Origin: Narcine bancroftii
Taxonomy: Eukaryota
NCBI RefSeq assembly: GCF_036971445.1
Contig: NC_091481.1
Location: forward strand, 10,540,001 to 10,604,000
DNA: 64,000 nt
Reading direction: 5' to 3'
A program made the position numbers and the translations under genes. Positions 37,736 through 50,045 of this stretch are shown one piece after another. The notes under the pieces were generated by a model. That model worked only from the letters and a program-made list of their open reading frames with translations, did not search any database and was not told the DNA's origin. Every line of letters starts with the position of its first letter. Positions within the stretch are counted from its first letter, which is position 1.

Positions 37736-38624
37736 CAGGGGCACTTGAGGGGTACTTTCTTCTTACATAGAGGAGTGATGTATGGAACAAGCTGCCATAG
37801 GAGGTGGTAGAATCAGGGACGTTTATTACATTCAAAAATACATTTGGGCAGGTGCATGGACAGGAAAGGTTTAGAAGGATATAGGTTGAACTTGTTTTAC
37901 ACTTTGATTTCACACCCAGGCAAGGGTTGCATGAAGTGACCATTTAAAAATGGATATGATAGAACTGCCTTCTTTTGACAAAGTGACAGTGAAGTGACTC
38001 TTTCTCTTCAAAATCACTGATTCTGTGTACCTCCCATGACAAAGAGAGTACAGCACAACAGCACCTCTCTCACTGAAGGCTACTGCATTTCTGACTTTAG
38101 TTGATGGCTGGTGCAATATTAAAGATGCCTTCTTGGAGGTGTAATCACATGACACCACTCCTGGTTCTGTTTGAAGTCTCATCTCTTCCAAAGGTAGTGG
38201 ATGGTTTCAATTTGTCTGCTCAGGTCACAAGCAGATGTTTTGTGTGTACACAGATCATTTGAAGCAAAAGCCAGCTTGCTTGGACAGATGCTATCTCTCA
38301 CCATTGTCTTTAGTTTCAATGAAGAATCACATGTGACTTTTACCGTTTATACAACTTCAACTGAACAATGAATTAGCAGATGTTTGTCTCTCATATTGGT
38401 TTCTTAACAGCCTCTGCTATTTACAAGATTTCAAAAATGTCTTCTGTGTCTCTTTCCCTGTGTCTAGCTCACAGTCCTTTTACTATAAAAAAACCATAAT
38501 TTTATAACTAATGATTAATAAAAGCACAATTCTGTCTTGGTCTTGCATGTTCTCTCTTGCACTTGCGTGCTCTCACTCTATCTATCTCTCACCCTTCCCC
38601 CGCTCCCTCTTATTTCATTCTTTT

Positions 38625-40410
38625 TTAATTGGTTTTTATAATAAATACAGCACAATGAGGAAAAGGAAATGAAACTGAAAATGCAATATCACATTCCCCC
38701 CTCCACTGCACTTGGTGAAACAGAAAAGACATTAAATATATATATGTATAAAATTTTTTTAAAAACCTGAATAGCTTATCCTGAGGGTTACATATATTTT
38801 GTAGCTTTTGGTTCGTACCATGAATCAAAAAAACAAAGGTGAGACTGTTTCATCTGGAAGTACATCTACTCACATTAAAAACATCAAATGAAATTAAGAC
38901 ATAAAAGGTAGCCATGTACTTTCAAGTTTCACTGATGAATCAAATAAATGATTTTTTTCCTGAACTTTAAACAGGACATAATATGAGAGAACCTTTAAAA
39001 CACTGTTAGAAGTTCAGAGTGTTCCCATTTAAATAAGATGCCTCTACTAGCCAACAATGTAGTGATTCCCAAAGTGGTGCTGTTGCCCCTGTGGGTGGTG
39101 GAAAGATCCAAGGGGACGGTGAGGAAAAATGGGGTGTTCCAAACCTTCCATCTTGTTATTATTCAATTTGCTGCAAAGTTAAATGAAGACATCAGGGCAG
39201 TAATTTTCTGGCCAGACTCTTGTTGGCAGTAGTGAGAAAAATAAACAGCAACAAGGCGTTCTTGCAAGAGTTGGACAGATGCCCTCTCAGCCACTACCCT
39301 GTTCAGTGGCGCCGCTAACCCCCCCTCCCCCAGATGCTGCTCAGCACTGCCGCTAACCCCCCCAGATGCCACTCAGCTCTGGCACTAACCCCCCAATGCC
39401 GCTCAGCGCCACTGCTACCCCCCCCGCCCAGACGCCACTCAGCACTGCCGCTAATCCCCCCCTCCCCCCCCATCCCAGCACCATTGTATAGTGGGGGGGC
39501 GCCTGTAGGCCAAGGAGGCAGCAGCCCAAAAAGGTTTGGGAACCACTAATGTACAGAAAGCCACAATCCTTTGCACAGGTACAGAAAACTCAGTGTCTAG
39601 TTCAATAACACTAAAAGGAGCATTATTGGATTGGGTTATAGCTCCACCTGAAATACAGTGGAAAAGATCATAAAATTATCTTTCCACAAGTGTCAATTTA
39701 GCAATATCAGATTTAGCATCTGTCACAAGTAGGATTGATTTTGAAAAGATGCAAGTCAACTTATATTTGGACATGTGAACACAATGCACCACTTTGAATT
39801 GGATTAATGAATGTTGGGCACATGTTGAGGATGTATTCACCAGTTCAAGAATCTTGTCCCATAGATCCTCCAATAAGAGTCTTGCAAGTTCCAATTCCCA
39901 AGCCTGTTTAATCTTATCATGAAGTACTGAATGTAATTTCAATAATATATATATAATTCTAATTAATCCTTTCTGAGAAGGATTAAATTGAAAAATGTTA
40001 TCAAGTAGATCTGGTGGCTATACAAATAAAAAGTCCGGTACTATGGTATTTAAAAAATTTATAATCTATAAATATTTTTAAAAAATGAATATCTGGTAAA
40101 TCATATTTACTTGTCATCTGTTCAAAAGTTATTAAATAACCTTCCTTAAATTGCAAAAGAAATAATACCTTTGATTTTCCATATAGAAAAAGATAGATCA
40201 ATATTGATGCTCAAAAAAAAATTGAGAAATAAAACAGTTTTTTTTTAATTAAAGAATTACCTAAATTGGAACCAGATTTACAATTTATGTTTGACTATTG
40301 GATTAGATGTATCCTTATTGATCTTATAAAAGCTAAATGGAAGAGAGGCCCCCAATAAAGAGCCCACTGAATACTGATATATAGATTTCAATCCTAAATC
40401 TGTCCATAAT
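38625..40410 (-). mobile_element. L1/Tx1-like LINE remnant, interrupted by a MITE
   Basis: WELEL..VNTSSTCAQHSLIQFKVVH, resembling the L1 ORF2 zf-RVT region. Confidence 0.7.
39060..39548. mobile_element. hAT-like MITE with internal tandem repeats of about 30 bp
   Basis: TIR tagtgattcccaaa ... tttgggaaccacta; repeats gatgccgctcagcgccgccgctaaccccc. Confidence 0.65.
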
Positions 40411-40425
40411 GTTTGCTTACCCCCC

Positions 40426-41542
40426 TGTAGCGTAGATAAAAGCTCACACTCAACTGGAGGGAGAACTGACACTTTTATTAGCTTACAACACAGGTAGGAT
40501 TCATGAACGGGCTTCAGCGGGGTTCTGGGTTTAGGCGGGAAACCAGGTTATATACGGGCCTTTGGGGGCCAGTCATTAGTACAGCACACTTCTAGTGAAT
40601 CCCAGCATACCTAGCGAATTCCAGTTCACTCATTCACCCCTTCCTTTCAAATTAAGTCTGTGGATGAAGAGAACGAGGATCAGAAGCCGGTAATAGACAC
40701 AGAAGAGAAATATTTACAATACTATTTACAGATTCAGGCAGACTGGTGGAGATCCTGGTGGAGCGCTTTAGCACCAGGGGGTCTTGGGCTCGTTGAGTCC
40801 CCTGGTCCACCTGTAATGAAAGAGTAGTGGGCTGGAGCTCCGGTTCGACGATAGAGGGGGATTCACTCTCCTCCTGAACCAGGTCTCAGGAGCCCCTGGG
40901 TGGGGATGGGGAAAAAAGAGCTCAGTAGTTCGTGGGGCACTTGAGGCAACGGATCCTCGGTTCCGGCGGGTGCCAGGTCCCTGCTGAAGACGGTGTCCTC
41001 CCTGGTATCTGGGTACTCCACATGGGGTTGTCATGGAGAAATTTCACCCTTTCCATTAGGGGGTCAGTCTTGCTTCTTGAGAAGGACCGGACCAGGACTA
41101 ATGAGCCAGGCTGGGAATGTAGTCCCTGATGCTGACCTTCTGTCAAATGTAAACATGAGTTCACAAGGAGTAACATTGGTCATGACAGAGCAGTGACCGA
41201 ATTGAATGGAGAGCGATGGGGAGGACATCTTGCCAGCGTGAGTCTGGAAGGCCTTTTTGCTTCAGGGCAAGTTTGACAACCTTCCAGATTGTGGCATTCT
41301 CTTTTTCAACCTGCCTGTTACCCCGTGGGTTGTAACTGGTGGTCCTGCTGAATGCAATGCCCCTCACCAGCAGGTACTTATGCAGCTCGTTGCTCATGAA
41401 AGCTTACAACACAGTTAGGGTTCATGAACAGGCTTCAGAGGGGTTCTGGGTTTAGTCGGGAAACCAGGGTATATACGGGCCCCTGGGGGAAGAGCCGGGA
41501 GGTGGGATCAATCACACTTCTAGTGAATCCCACTTTACTACA
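40426..41542 (-). mobile_element. Internally deleted Gypsy LTR retrotransposon (3' LTR 40426-40632, PPT, integrase C-half, partial 5' LTR 41401-41542)
   Basis: TG..CA termini, PPT aaggggtgaa, integrase TTSYNPRGNRQVEKEN..WQDVLPIALHSIR, flanks ccccc/ctccc. Confidence 0.85.
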
Positions 41543-42352
41543 CTCCCTCCCCCTGACCTAGTGCTGGCAGAGCAGTTCCAGCAGTGTGGGAGACTATGGT
41601 TAGGGAAGATAGCCATTGCTCCTGCTCTCCCGCATTAAGCCATTGCCACGAACCAGAGCGATGTTAGCGACAACAGCACATCGTGGCAGCAACCACTCTA
41701 TTCTTCACCACCATCTTCCCCCGTTTGTGCCACCAACCACTCTCCCCCCGATCATGCCCCCTCCCCCACTTCAGCCAGGGGTCTCCCTGTGACACATGCA
41801 CTCAAGCGCTGAGTAACTGAGTCAGCCCTTTCAAACCACCATAGCAGGACGCCCAGATAAGTTTTACGGGGTTCCTTGACCACCTCTGAGGTTGGGTTCT
41901 GATCAGGCTGTAGTTGGACTCTTTCAAATTGCCATGTATCTCAGTCAGTAACTGTGCTAATTTCCCAGTTAACCCTATTTTACTTGACAGTTTAGAAGGG
42001 CCAACAGAGTTGTGTAGTCCCTTGTAGTAATGTCACCTTATTCAAGAATCCCCCTGATGAAAACAGGAAGAAACTGTTTCCACTGGCAAGAGGATCATTA
42101 AACTTCTGGATCCTTGGGTGGGGGGTGGGGGGATTGGTCTGGCCAATCAATACAATTTAATATAAATATCTCACTGAGAAATGCCAGAATATAGTTGCTA
42201 CAGAAAGATGTCGTAATTTAATACACAACATCAACAACCAGGCTTCAGCAAACAATTTGTCAAGTAAATGTATGCCTCGTAAATATGATGTTCAGATTAA
42301 TCTGATCTTTCTCGAACATGTTTTTGGGAAATTGTCCAACTTTATTTTTCAG

Positions 42353-42451
42353 TCATTATTGGATAAAGAGCGCACAAGCACATTGATTTCTGAACTGAGA
42401 TCAAATGGAACCTACAGCTTCAACTATAGGACCTATCACTCATTGAAAGAG
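42353..42451 (+). CDS. CPA gene B exon 4 (SLLDKERTSTLISELRSNGTYSFNYRTYHSLKE)
   Basis: 99 nt, ag/gtgaga, FNYxxYH motif. Confidence 0.93.
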
Positions 42452-43883
42452 GTGAGAAGTTGTCAGTGTTGGTAGGCCTGCTGTCAGCAAGCCATGTATC
42501 TTCCAGGATCCTATTATACTGCTAGACCTGTTTTGATGACTGTTCACAGGTTCGATGCCAGTCTGTTGTTACAAAGTAAAATGTGCCACAGGGTCTCTAT
42601 AACATAATAATGGAATATTTGGGTATTGAGCCCCAAATGGGGGTAATTTTAAGAGAAGTATTTGAAGAGGAGAGAGAATGTAGGAATTCAGATGGGAAAT
42701 TGCAGTGAAAATTTTAGAGATGATCAAAGGGAAGACCTTGCAGAATTGATGGAGAAGAGAGACCAGAGAAATATCTGAACACAAGGCTATGAACCAATAT
42801 ACATCACCAGGTGCAGGGGAATGGGTGAGAAGGACTTGGTGTTCATTCGAATGTGTTCAGCTGAGCTTTATAATATTTAGCAGTCTGTTCAGGATAGCAT
42901 TGGATCATTGTGTCTAAAGGTTACAAAGACACGAGCAGACCTGGAGAATATCACAAAGACTAAAAGATTCAACCTTGTTGATGTGTAAAATATGGGGCAA
43001 GAAGCTCTGCTTGGGATCAAAGTGGTTATCAAGACTACCCTTAGAGAATGATCAAGGAGGTAATTGGTCGGTTGGTGAAGAATAGACTTCATGGTACATC
43101 GTGGTCCTATCCATGCATTTGATTAATCTGGGTTCCTTTAGATGTCTCATTTGAAGAGGACACAGGTAGAAATGTCAGGGTGATTATATCTCATCCTCTG
43201 ACTTCATTCTGAAGCCTCCTCTCTCCTGAACAAGGAAGAGAACAAGGAAGTTACTTAGTTTAGAAAAATGCACTGTCCTCTGATGCTCATTTTCCCATCA
43301 CTGTGTCTGGTTGCACACACAGTGTGACCAGCAGGGCACATAATAGCAGATAAATGACTCTCACATCATGTACAGGTAGTCCCTGACTTATGACCGTAAT
43401 GGGGATCAAAGAATTGGCCATATCTCAGAATGGATGCAAGTTGGAATTGTGCCTGTAAATACCAAAGTCTTAAAGCAAACTTTTTAATTAAATCTTTTTT
43501 TCATTGTAGATTTGACGATAACTACTTAAAGTTTCCTGAATTTGTCAATCAACCTTAGCAAATCTTTTCACATTCTGGTCCATGGTTACCTCGTTGGTCA
43601 GTGTTTTGGGGTCCCAAGGCTGTGTACGACCATCTTGATTCCTGTGCGCATGCATGAGTCTTTGGTGTGCGCATGCACGAGCCTTTGGTGGGTTCCTGTA
43701 TTGGAGTTCAATAGTGCTTGCTCGAGTGCATACGCCAACCAAAGACTCGCACATGAATCAAGATGGCCGCGCCCAACCCTAGGGCCTCGGAATGCTAATA
43801 GGGTGAATGCACACATCTTGGCTCTTACATGCCCTGTATCCCTATCATTGATAGTGAAATACAACATAAACTGTGTACATTTT

Positions 43884-44114
43884 TGTAGAGCGTGTCGAAA
43901 GAACCAAAGACTTGTTGATCCAAACCAAGGCTTTTATTAACTAAAAGACTGGAGCATATCACATGTAGGTCGACCAATGCAGAATGACCTGGTCTGGCTA
44001 GGAGCAATACTTTAAGACCTGCCAGTAGGTGTGGCTACACTCTCAGCCAATCACAGTCATCCTACACTACAATCTGTACATATACACATTGGTGATAGAA
44101 TCTGTACTATTACA
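43884..44114 (-). mobile_element. Solo LTR (231 bp) inside a Tigger-like MITE that starts at about 43371
   Basis: TGTA...TACA termini with an exact 5-bp TSD ATTTT; AATAAA on the minus strand. Confidence 0.85.
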
Positions 44115-44155
44115 ATTTTATTTATCTATCTAGAGATAAATCTCTCTAGAGAGAG

Positions 44156-44156
<1 letters not shown>

Positions 44157-44200
<44 letters not shown>
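44157..44200. repeat. (CT)n microsatellite
   Basis: Visible run of about 22 units. Confidence 0.95.
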
Positions 44201-44204
<4 letters not shown>

Positions 44205-44304
44205 ATGTAAGTCATAAGTATATTTATCTTCAGGTTGAAGTCACATGAATGCAAGTAGTTGCCATTCAAAATCTCCATTTCCAGAATGGACTGCAGAACC
44301 AAAA

Positions 44305-45075
44305 CTTTCAGAGTGTTCTGGACCAGCTGAAAAATGTCAGATGGAATTTAATGCAGACAAGCTTGAGGTCTTGCAATTTGAAGGACAAACCAAAAGAGGA
44401 CAGACATGACAAATGGTAGGGCCCTGAGGAGTGTAGTAGAACAGAGGGATCTGAGAATAAAGATATACAATTCTCTATAAGTGGTGTCACATGTTGTAAG
44501 AGGCATATTGATCTTAATAAATCGAACTATTGAGAATAGGAGTTTGGATGTTACGGTAAAGTTGTATAAGACATTGATGAGGCCAAATTTGGAATATTGT
44601 GTGCAGATTTGGTCACCTAACTACAGGAAAGATATCAATAAGATTGAAAGAGAGAAAATTCACTAGAATATTGCCTGGACTTCAGGAACTGAGTTACAGG
44701 GAAAAGTTAAACAAATTAGGACTTTATTCCCTGGAGTGTAAAAGAAGAGGAGATTTAAAAATATGAAGGGTATAGTCAGAGTAAATATAGGTAGGCTCTT
44801 TCCACTGAGGGTAGGTGAGATACAAACTAGAGGAGATAGATTAAGGGTGAAAGGGAAAAAGTTTAGGGGGAATATTAGGGGGAACTTCTTTACACAGTGG
44901 TGGGAGTGGTGAATGCAAGCTCAACTTTAACATTTTTAGAAGAATTTGGACAGGTATGTGGATGGGTGGGTAAGGAGGGCTATGAACTGATGCAGGACAG
45001 TGGGGGTAAGCAGAATAATAGTCTGCTACAGAATAAAAGGGTCACAGGGCCCTGTGCTGTACTGCTCTATGGATC
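44305..45075 (+). mobile_element. CR1 LINE RT 3' end
   Basis: LYKTLMRPNLEYCVQIWSPNYRKDI. Confidence 0.85.
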
Positions 45076-45200
45076 TGACCTTGCCTCAGCTGTAGGGTTC
45101 ATATTTCAACCTGACAACCATTTTTTTTAAATATGGTGCTGCATTACTATGTTATAAATGAGTGTTTGTTGTGATTTACATATTCCCTCTTCTTTCACAG

Positions 45201-45302
45201 ATTTACAAGTGGATAAAGAATCTTGCTGCTGAAAACCCACATTTGGTCAGAAGAATGAGAATTGGTAGAAGTTCCCAAGGTCGGGCACTTCATGTCCTTA
45301 AG
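45201..45302 (+). CDS. CPA gene B exon 5 (IYKWIKNLAAENPHLVRRMRIGRSSQGRALHVLK)
   Basis: 102 nt, ag/gttagt. Confidence 0.93.
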
Positions 45303-45716
45303 GTTAGTTAAATATGGAGACAGTGTACACTCCTGGAAGTATTTCCTACTCAGTAGTTGAAGGAAGTCCAATTGTGAAGACTCAAGATATCTCGTACTTC
45401 CATTGTAAAACGTTAATTTTTGAATGTCTTGTGGCTTCTGCTGGTCTTCCCAATATTTGTGGTTTCTTGTACTTTGCATCTGCACCTGCCTAAACATTTT
45501 CTGACCATGAGGTCTGTTCATAATCCATTTATTGTTCATAATCAAATATAGGTTTGAAAAGACTGAAACATTTAAAATGTCTGTATAATTGTATTAATTA
45601 ATTCAAGTTAATAAGTTAGTGAAACACAAAGCCCCCCATACAATACATACAAGGAATAGGTATCAAACCCCCCCCCCCCCACAAACAAATGAAAGACTCA
45701 TTTAGGGGGTTACTAC

Positions 45717-45927
45717 CTTTGAAGAAGACCGCAGAGCCCACCTCACTGACAAAAGACAAAGGAGGAAAAACCCAACACCCAACCCCCAACCCACCAATTT
45801 TCCCTTGCAACCGCTGCAACCGTGCCTGCCTGTCCCGCATCGGACTTGTCAGTCACCAACGAGCCTGCAGCAGACATGGACATACCCCTCCATAAATCTT
45901 CGTCCGCGAAGCCAAGCCAAAGAAGAA
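45717..45927 (+). mobile_element. RTE-clade LINE short 3' fragment
   Basis: Near-identical to the 3' end of the 24492-25243 copy. Confidence 0.9.
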
Positions 45928-46287
45928 TTTTACCTAGACTACTTGCATAAGCCTGTAGATTATAAGATTGGAAGTCTTTGGTCCTTCCGATTTGCTACAA
46001 TTTTTATTAATTGCTTACTCAGAGAAATAAGGATAACTTAGTTGGCACAATTTGTTGTACGTTACTGGTGTGTTATGCTCACTAGAATTTGCCTCATGTG
46101 TTCCATAATCCTCTCAGTCTGTTGGAACTTTTATGGAATGAGTACCAATGTGTGGATTGTTTTCTTGCCATTCTAATTGTTCTGTCTGAATTTAACCATT
46201 ACCCCTTCTTTCATAGCACTTGTACACAATTAAACATGCACTGAAGTATACTCAATCTATATTGTTCTGTTTGTCTCATTGGGACAG

Positions 46288-46386
46288 TTCAGCACGGGTC
46301 GCAGGCGTCCTGCTGTGTGGATTGATGCTGGTATTCATGGCCGTGAGTGGATAGCACCTGCTGTGGCAATATGGATGGCAAAGAAG
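46288..46386 (+). CDS. CPA gene B exon 6 ([33 protein letters not shown])
   Basis: 99 nt, HxxE Zn motif; ends at a GC donor AAG|gcaagt. Confidence 0.92.
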
Positions 46387-46625
46387 GCAAGTGGATTTCT
46401 GCAGCCCTTTCATTCACCAGATCATCCTGTCACATGCCTTAAGGTTTAACTCACTCCAATTCCTGCTGGTAAATGCAAGTAAAATACTCCAGTCTTAAAT
46501 GAAAGGCCTTCTGTTAACTCTGCTTGTGCTAGCCGTTTGGCAAAGTTAGCCCCTCACCCAATTTTTACCCATAACCTTGTTAATCAGTTCCTCTTAAATA
46601 TGGTTAATGGTTAGCATAGCAGTTC

Positions 46626-46790
46626 GCTTAGCATGGATAGTGTAGCGGTTACAGCACAAATTTTCAGGACTGGTGTTCGAATCTGGCACTGTCTGTAAGG
46701 AGTTTGTACGTTCTCCCCATGTCTGCTTGGGTTTTCCCGGGGGGTCTAGTCTCCACCCACCCTTCAAACCACAAGGGGTAATGGTTAAAT
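46626..46790 (+). mobile_element. tRNA-derived SINE (HE1/V-SINE-like)
   Basis: B-box gttcgaatc and V-domain-like core. Confidence 0.7.
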
Positions 46791-46944
46791 TCAGACAGAA
46801 ACAATTAGGAGTTGTAGGAACAATTGGGATGGCACGGCGTCATGCACAGGCAGAAGCAGAGAACCTGTAAGTGAACCAAACTGTATAAACATGTGAGAAT
46901 CCTCAGGCATCTGAATGCTGTACTTCCTGCTTTTACATCCCTAG

Positions 46945-47055
46945 ATTACCACTAACTATGGCAGTGACCCCTCCATCACATCACTGCTGAATAAAATGGA
47001 TATCTTCATGGTGATCTTGGCAAACCCTGATGGTTATGTATATAGTCAAACTAAG
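46945..47055 (+). CDS. CPA gene B exon 7 (ITTNYGSDPSITSLLNKMDIFMVILANPDGYVYSQTK)
   Basis: 111 nt, ag/gtatgt, NPDG motif. Confidence 0.95.
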
Positions 47056-47870
47056 GTATGTGAACCAAAGTTTCAGACCTTGCTATTTCATAGAATTGTA
47101 GAGCACAGAAATGGGCCCTTTTGGCCCACACAACTATGATGCTAATCTGCTAATCCTATTTGACCATGTTAGGCCCATATCCTTTATTCCTTACCTGTTC
47201 AAGTACCTGCCCAAATGCTTTTTAAACATAATAATTATATTTGCCTCCAACACCACTTCTAGAAGTTCATTCCAGATATTCACCACCCTGTTGAATGAAA
47301 AACGTACTCCTCAGATTTCTTTTAAATTTCTCCTCTCTAACCTTCAATCTGTGACTTCTCTATCTAGACTCTCATTCCTAGGAAAAAGATTCTCACACTT
47401 ATCCTTTTCTACTCTCATAATGTTATAATCCTTTATAAGACCACCTCTCCAATCTATCTAATCTTTCCTTATAAATGCAGCACTCCATTCTGAACAACAT
47501 CCTGTTGAATCTCTTCCTGCACTTTTTATTTGCTACCAAATCCTTCTTTTAGTGTGCAATTCTGGCAACCATAATTGTACATGACACTCTTAAGTGTGAT
47601 CTAATCAATGCTATATCATGGTTTTGGACTGTTAAAGACTGAGGTATTGAGGTATAAAGGCAAGCAGACCAAATGCCCTTTTCACTAGCTCTAATGCACA
47701 TATGTGCCACTTTCATGGAGCTATAGTCTTCCATCACAAGGTTTTAGTGTACATCACTGTGTCTCCAATGTCTGCCATTTTTGCATTTCTATACATCCTA
47801 TCAGAATTTGACTAAATTTGATTCCATTTCATACTGATCTTTGCTCTTTCCTTCCTCAAATCAACAAAGA

Positions 47871-48365
47871 CAACTGCAATATGCAAAAGTGCTAGATAAC
47901 CTAGGAAGCAAAGGGATATGACCAATGTTTTGGGCTTGAACCCTCATCCACTCATCTCTTCCCACTAATAGCCCCCTTGGCATCTACCCTCATGACTGCA
48001 GTAAATGCTACATTTGCACTTCACTTCCTTCCTCGCCACCATTCGTGGCCCCAAACAGTCCTTACAAGTGAAACAACATTTCATTTGTGAATCTGCAGGG
48101 GTTACCTACTGCATCTAGTGCTCCCTCCCTCCTTTATCCATATAACTTATTGCCAGTTAGTCTCTGCTCCTCCCCCTTACCTCCAACCCTCACTGATTTA
48201 CACAGGAACCTGCTTGCTTTTTGCTCCATACCTTGTTTAAGGGCTCAGGCACAAAACATTGGTTAGGTCCCTTTGCTTCCTATAGACACTGCATGATTTG
48301 CTGAGGTCCTCCAACACTTTTGTATATTGCACTGCAATCACAGTGTCTGCAGTCTTTCCTGTATT
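47871..48365 (+). mobile_element. Penelope-like element remnant: GIY-YIG fragment between inverted terminal repeats
   Basis: TIRGPKQSLQVKQHFICESAGVTYCI*CS at about 48035-48125; termini in opposite orientation. Confidence 0.75.
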
Positions 48366-48633
48366 ACAACAAAAACAACTGATTTTTGAGCACTGTTGGG
48401 TCAAATGCCTTGGTTCTGTGCATTATGGTTTCAGTAAAATAATTGTTGAATGGAATAAATGGAAACCTTCAATTAGGAAGAAAAACTACCAGTATATTAA
48501 CATTTCAATAGAGGCAGTTTATTGACCTTTTATTGGCACTTTGAGCTGTAGATTAATCATCTCACTCTCAGAATACTGATGGAATGTGCATTTCCTGTAA
48601 TATATGAATTAATAACAACATTTTGTAATCCAG

Positions 48634-48724
48634 AACCGCATGTGGCGGAAAACAATGTCCAAAACTCATGGAACTCATTGTTTTGGAGCTGATCCAAACC
48701 GGAATTTCAATGCAAACTTTGGAG
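48634..48724 (+). CDS. CPA gene B exon 8 ([30 protein letters not shown])
   Basis: 91 nt, ag/gtgggt; Arg127, Asn144 and Arg145 present. Confidence 0.95.
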
Positions 48725-48907
48725 GTGGGTAATTGCTTCTGATATTCTAAATTTTCAATTATTATTTGCATAATATCCCATGACTTCTGAACTCGGTCAA
48801 ATTAGCCCGCTTTCAGGTTGTTCAATTCAAGAAAGTAAATAGCTTTGTACTGACTTCAGCTGATGCTTGGACTTAAATCTTCAACATCATATACATGAAA
48901 TGATAAA

Positions 48908-50045
48908 GAGTCTGACACAGAGCCTGAAGAATGATGCAGAGCCTGATACAAAGCCCGAAGAAAGATACGAAGCCTGGTACAGAGCCCGAAGAAAGATACG
49001 GAGCCTGGTACAGAGCCCGAAGAACGATACGGAGCCTGGTACAGAGCCTGAAGAATGATACGGAGCCTGGTACAGAGCCCGAAGAACGATACGGAGCCTG
49101 GAACGGAGCCCGAAGAATGATACGGAGCCTGGTACGGAGCCCGAAGAACGATACGGAGCCCGAAGAACGATACGGAGCCCGAAGAACGATACGGAGCCCG
49201 AAGAACGATACGGAGCCCGAAGAACGATACGGAGCCCGAAGAACGATACGGAGCCCGAAGAACGATACGGAGCCCGAAGAACGATACGGAGCCCGAAGAA
49301 CGATACGGAGCCCGGTACGGAGCCCGAAGAACGATACGGAGCCCGGTACGGAGCCCGAAGAACGATACGGAGCCCGGTACGGAGCCCGGAGAACGATACG
49401 GAGCCCGGAGAACGGTACGGAGCCCGGAGAACGATACGGAGCCCGGAGAACGATACGGAGCCCGGAGAACGATACGGAGCCCGGAGAACGATACGGAGCC
49501 CGGAGAACGATACGGAGCCCGGAGAACGATACGGAGCCCGGAGAACGATACGGAGCCCGGAGAACGATACGGAGCCCGGAGAACGATACGGAGCCCGGAG
49601 AACGATACGGAGCCCGGAGAACGATACGGAGCCCGGAGAACGATACGGAGCCCGGAGAACGATACGGAGCCCGGAGAACGATACGGAGCCCGGAGAACGA
49701 TACGGAGCCCGGAGAACGATACGGAGCCCGGAGAACGATACGGAGCCCGGAGAACGATACGGAGCCCGGAGAACGATACGGAGCCCGGAGAACGATACGG
49801 AGCCCGGAGAACGATACGGAGCCCGGAGAACGATACGGAGCCCGGAGAACGATACGGAGCCCGGAGAACGATACGGAGCCCGGAGAACGATACGGAGCCC
49901 GGAGAACGATACGGAGCCCGGAGAACGATACGGAGCCCGGAGAACGATACGGAGCCCGGAGAACGATACGGAGCCCGAAGAACGATACGGAGCCTGATCC
50001 AGAGCCCGATCAATGATCCAAAGCCTGATACAGAGTCTGAAGAAT
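48908..50045. repeat. 19-bp minisatellite (GGAGCCCGGAGAACGATAC)n with 30-bp older units at the left edge
   Basis: Directly visible; about 30 near-identical core units at about 49381-49970. Confidence 0.97.
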
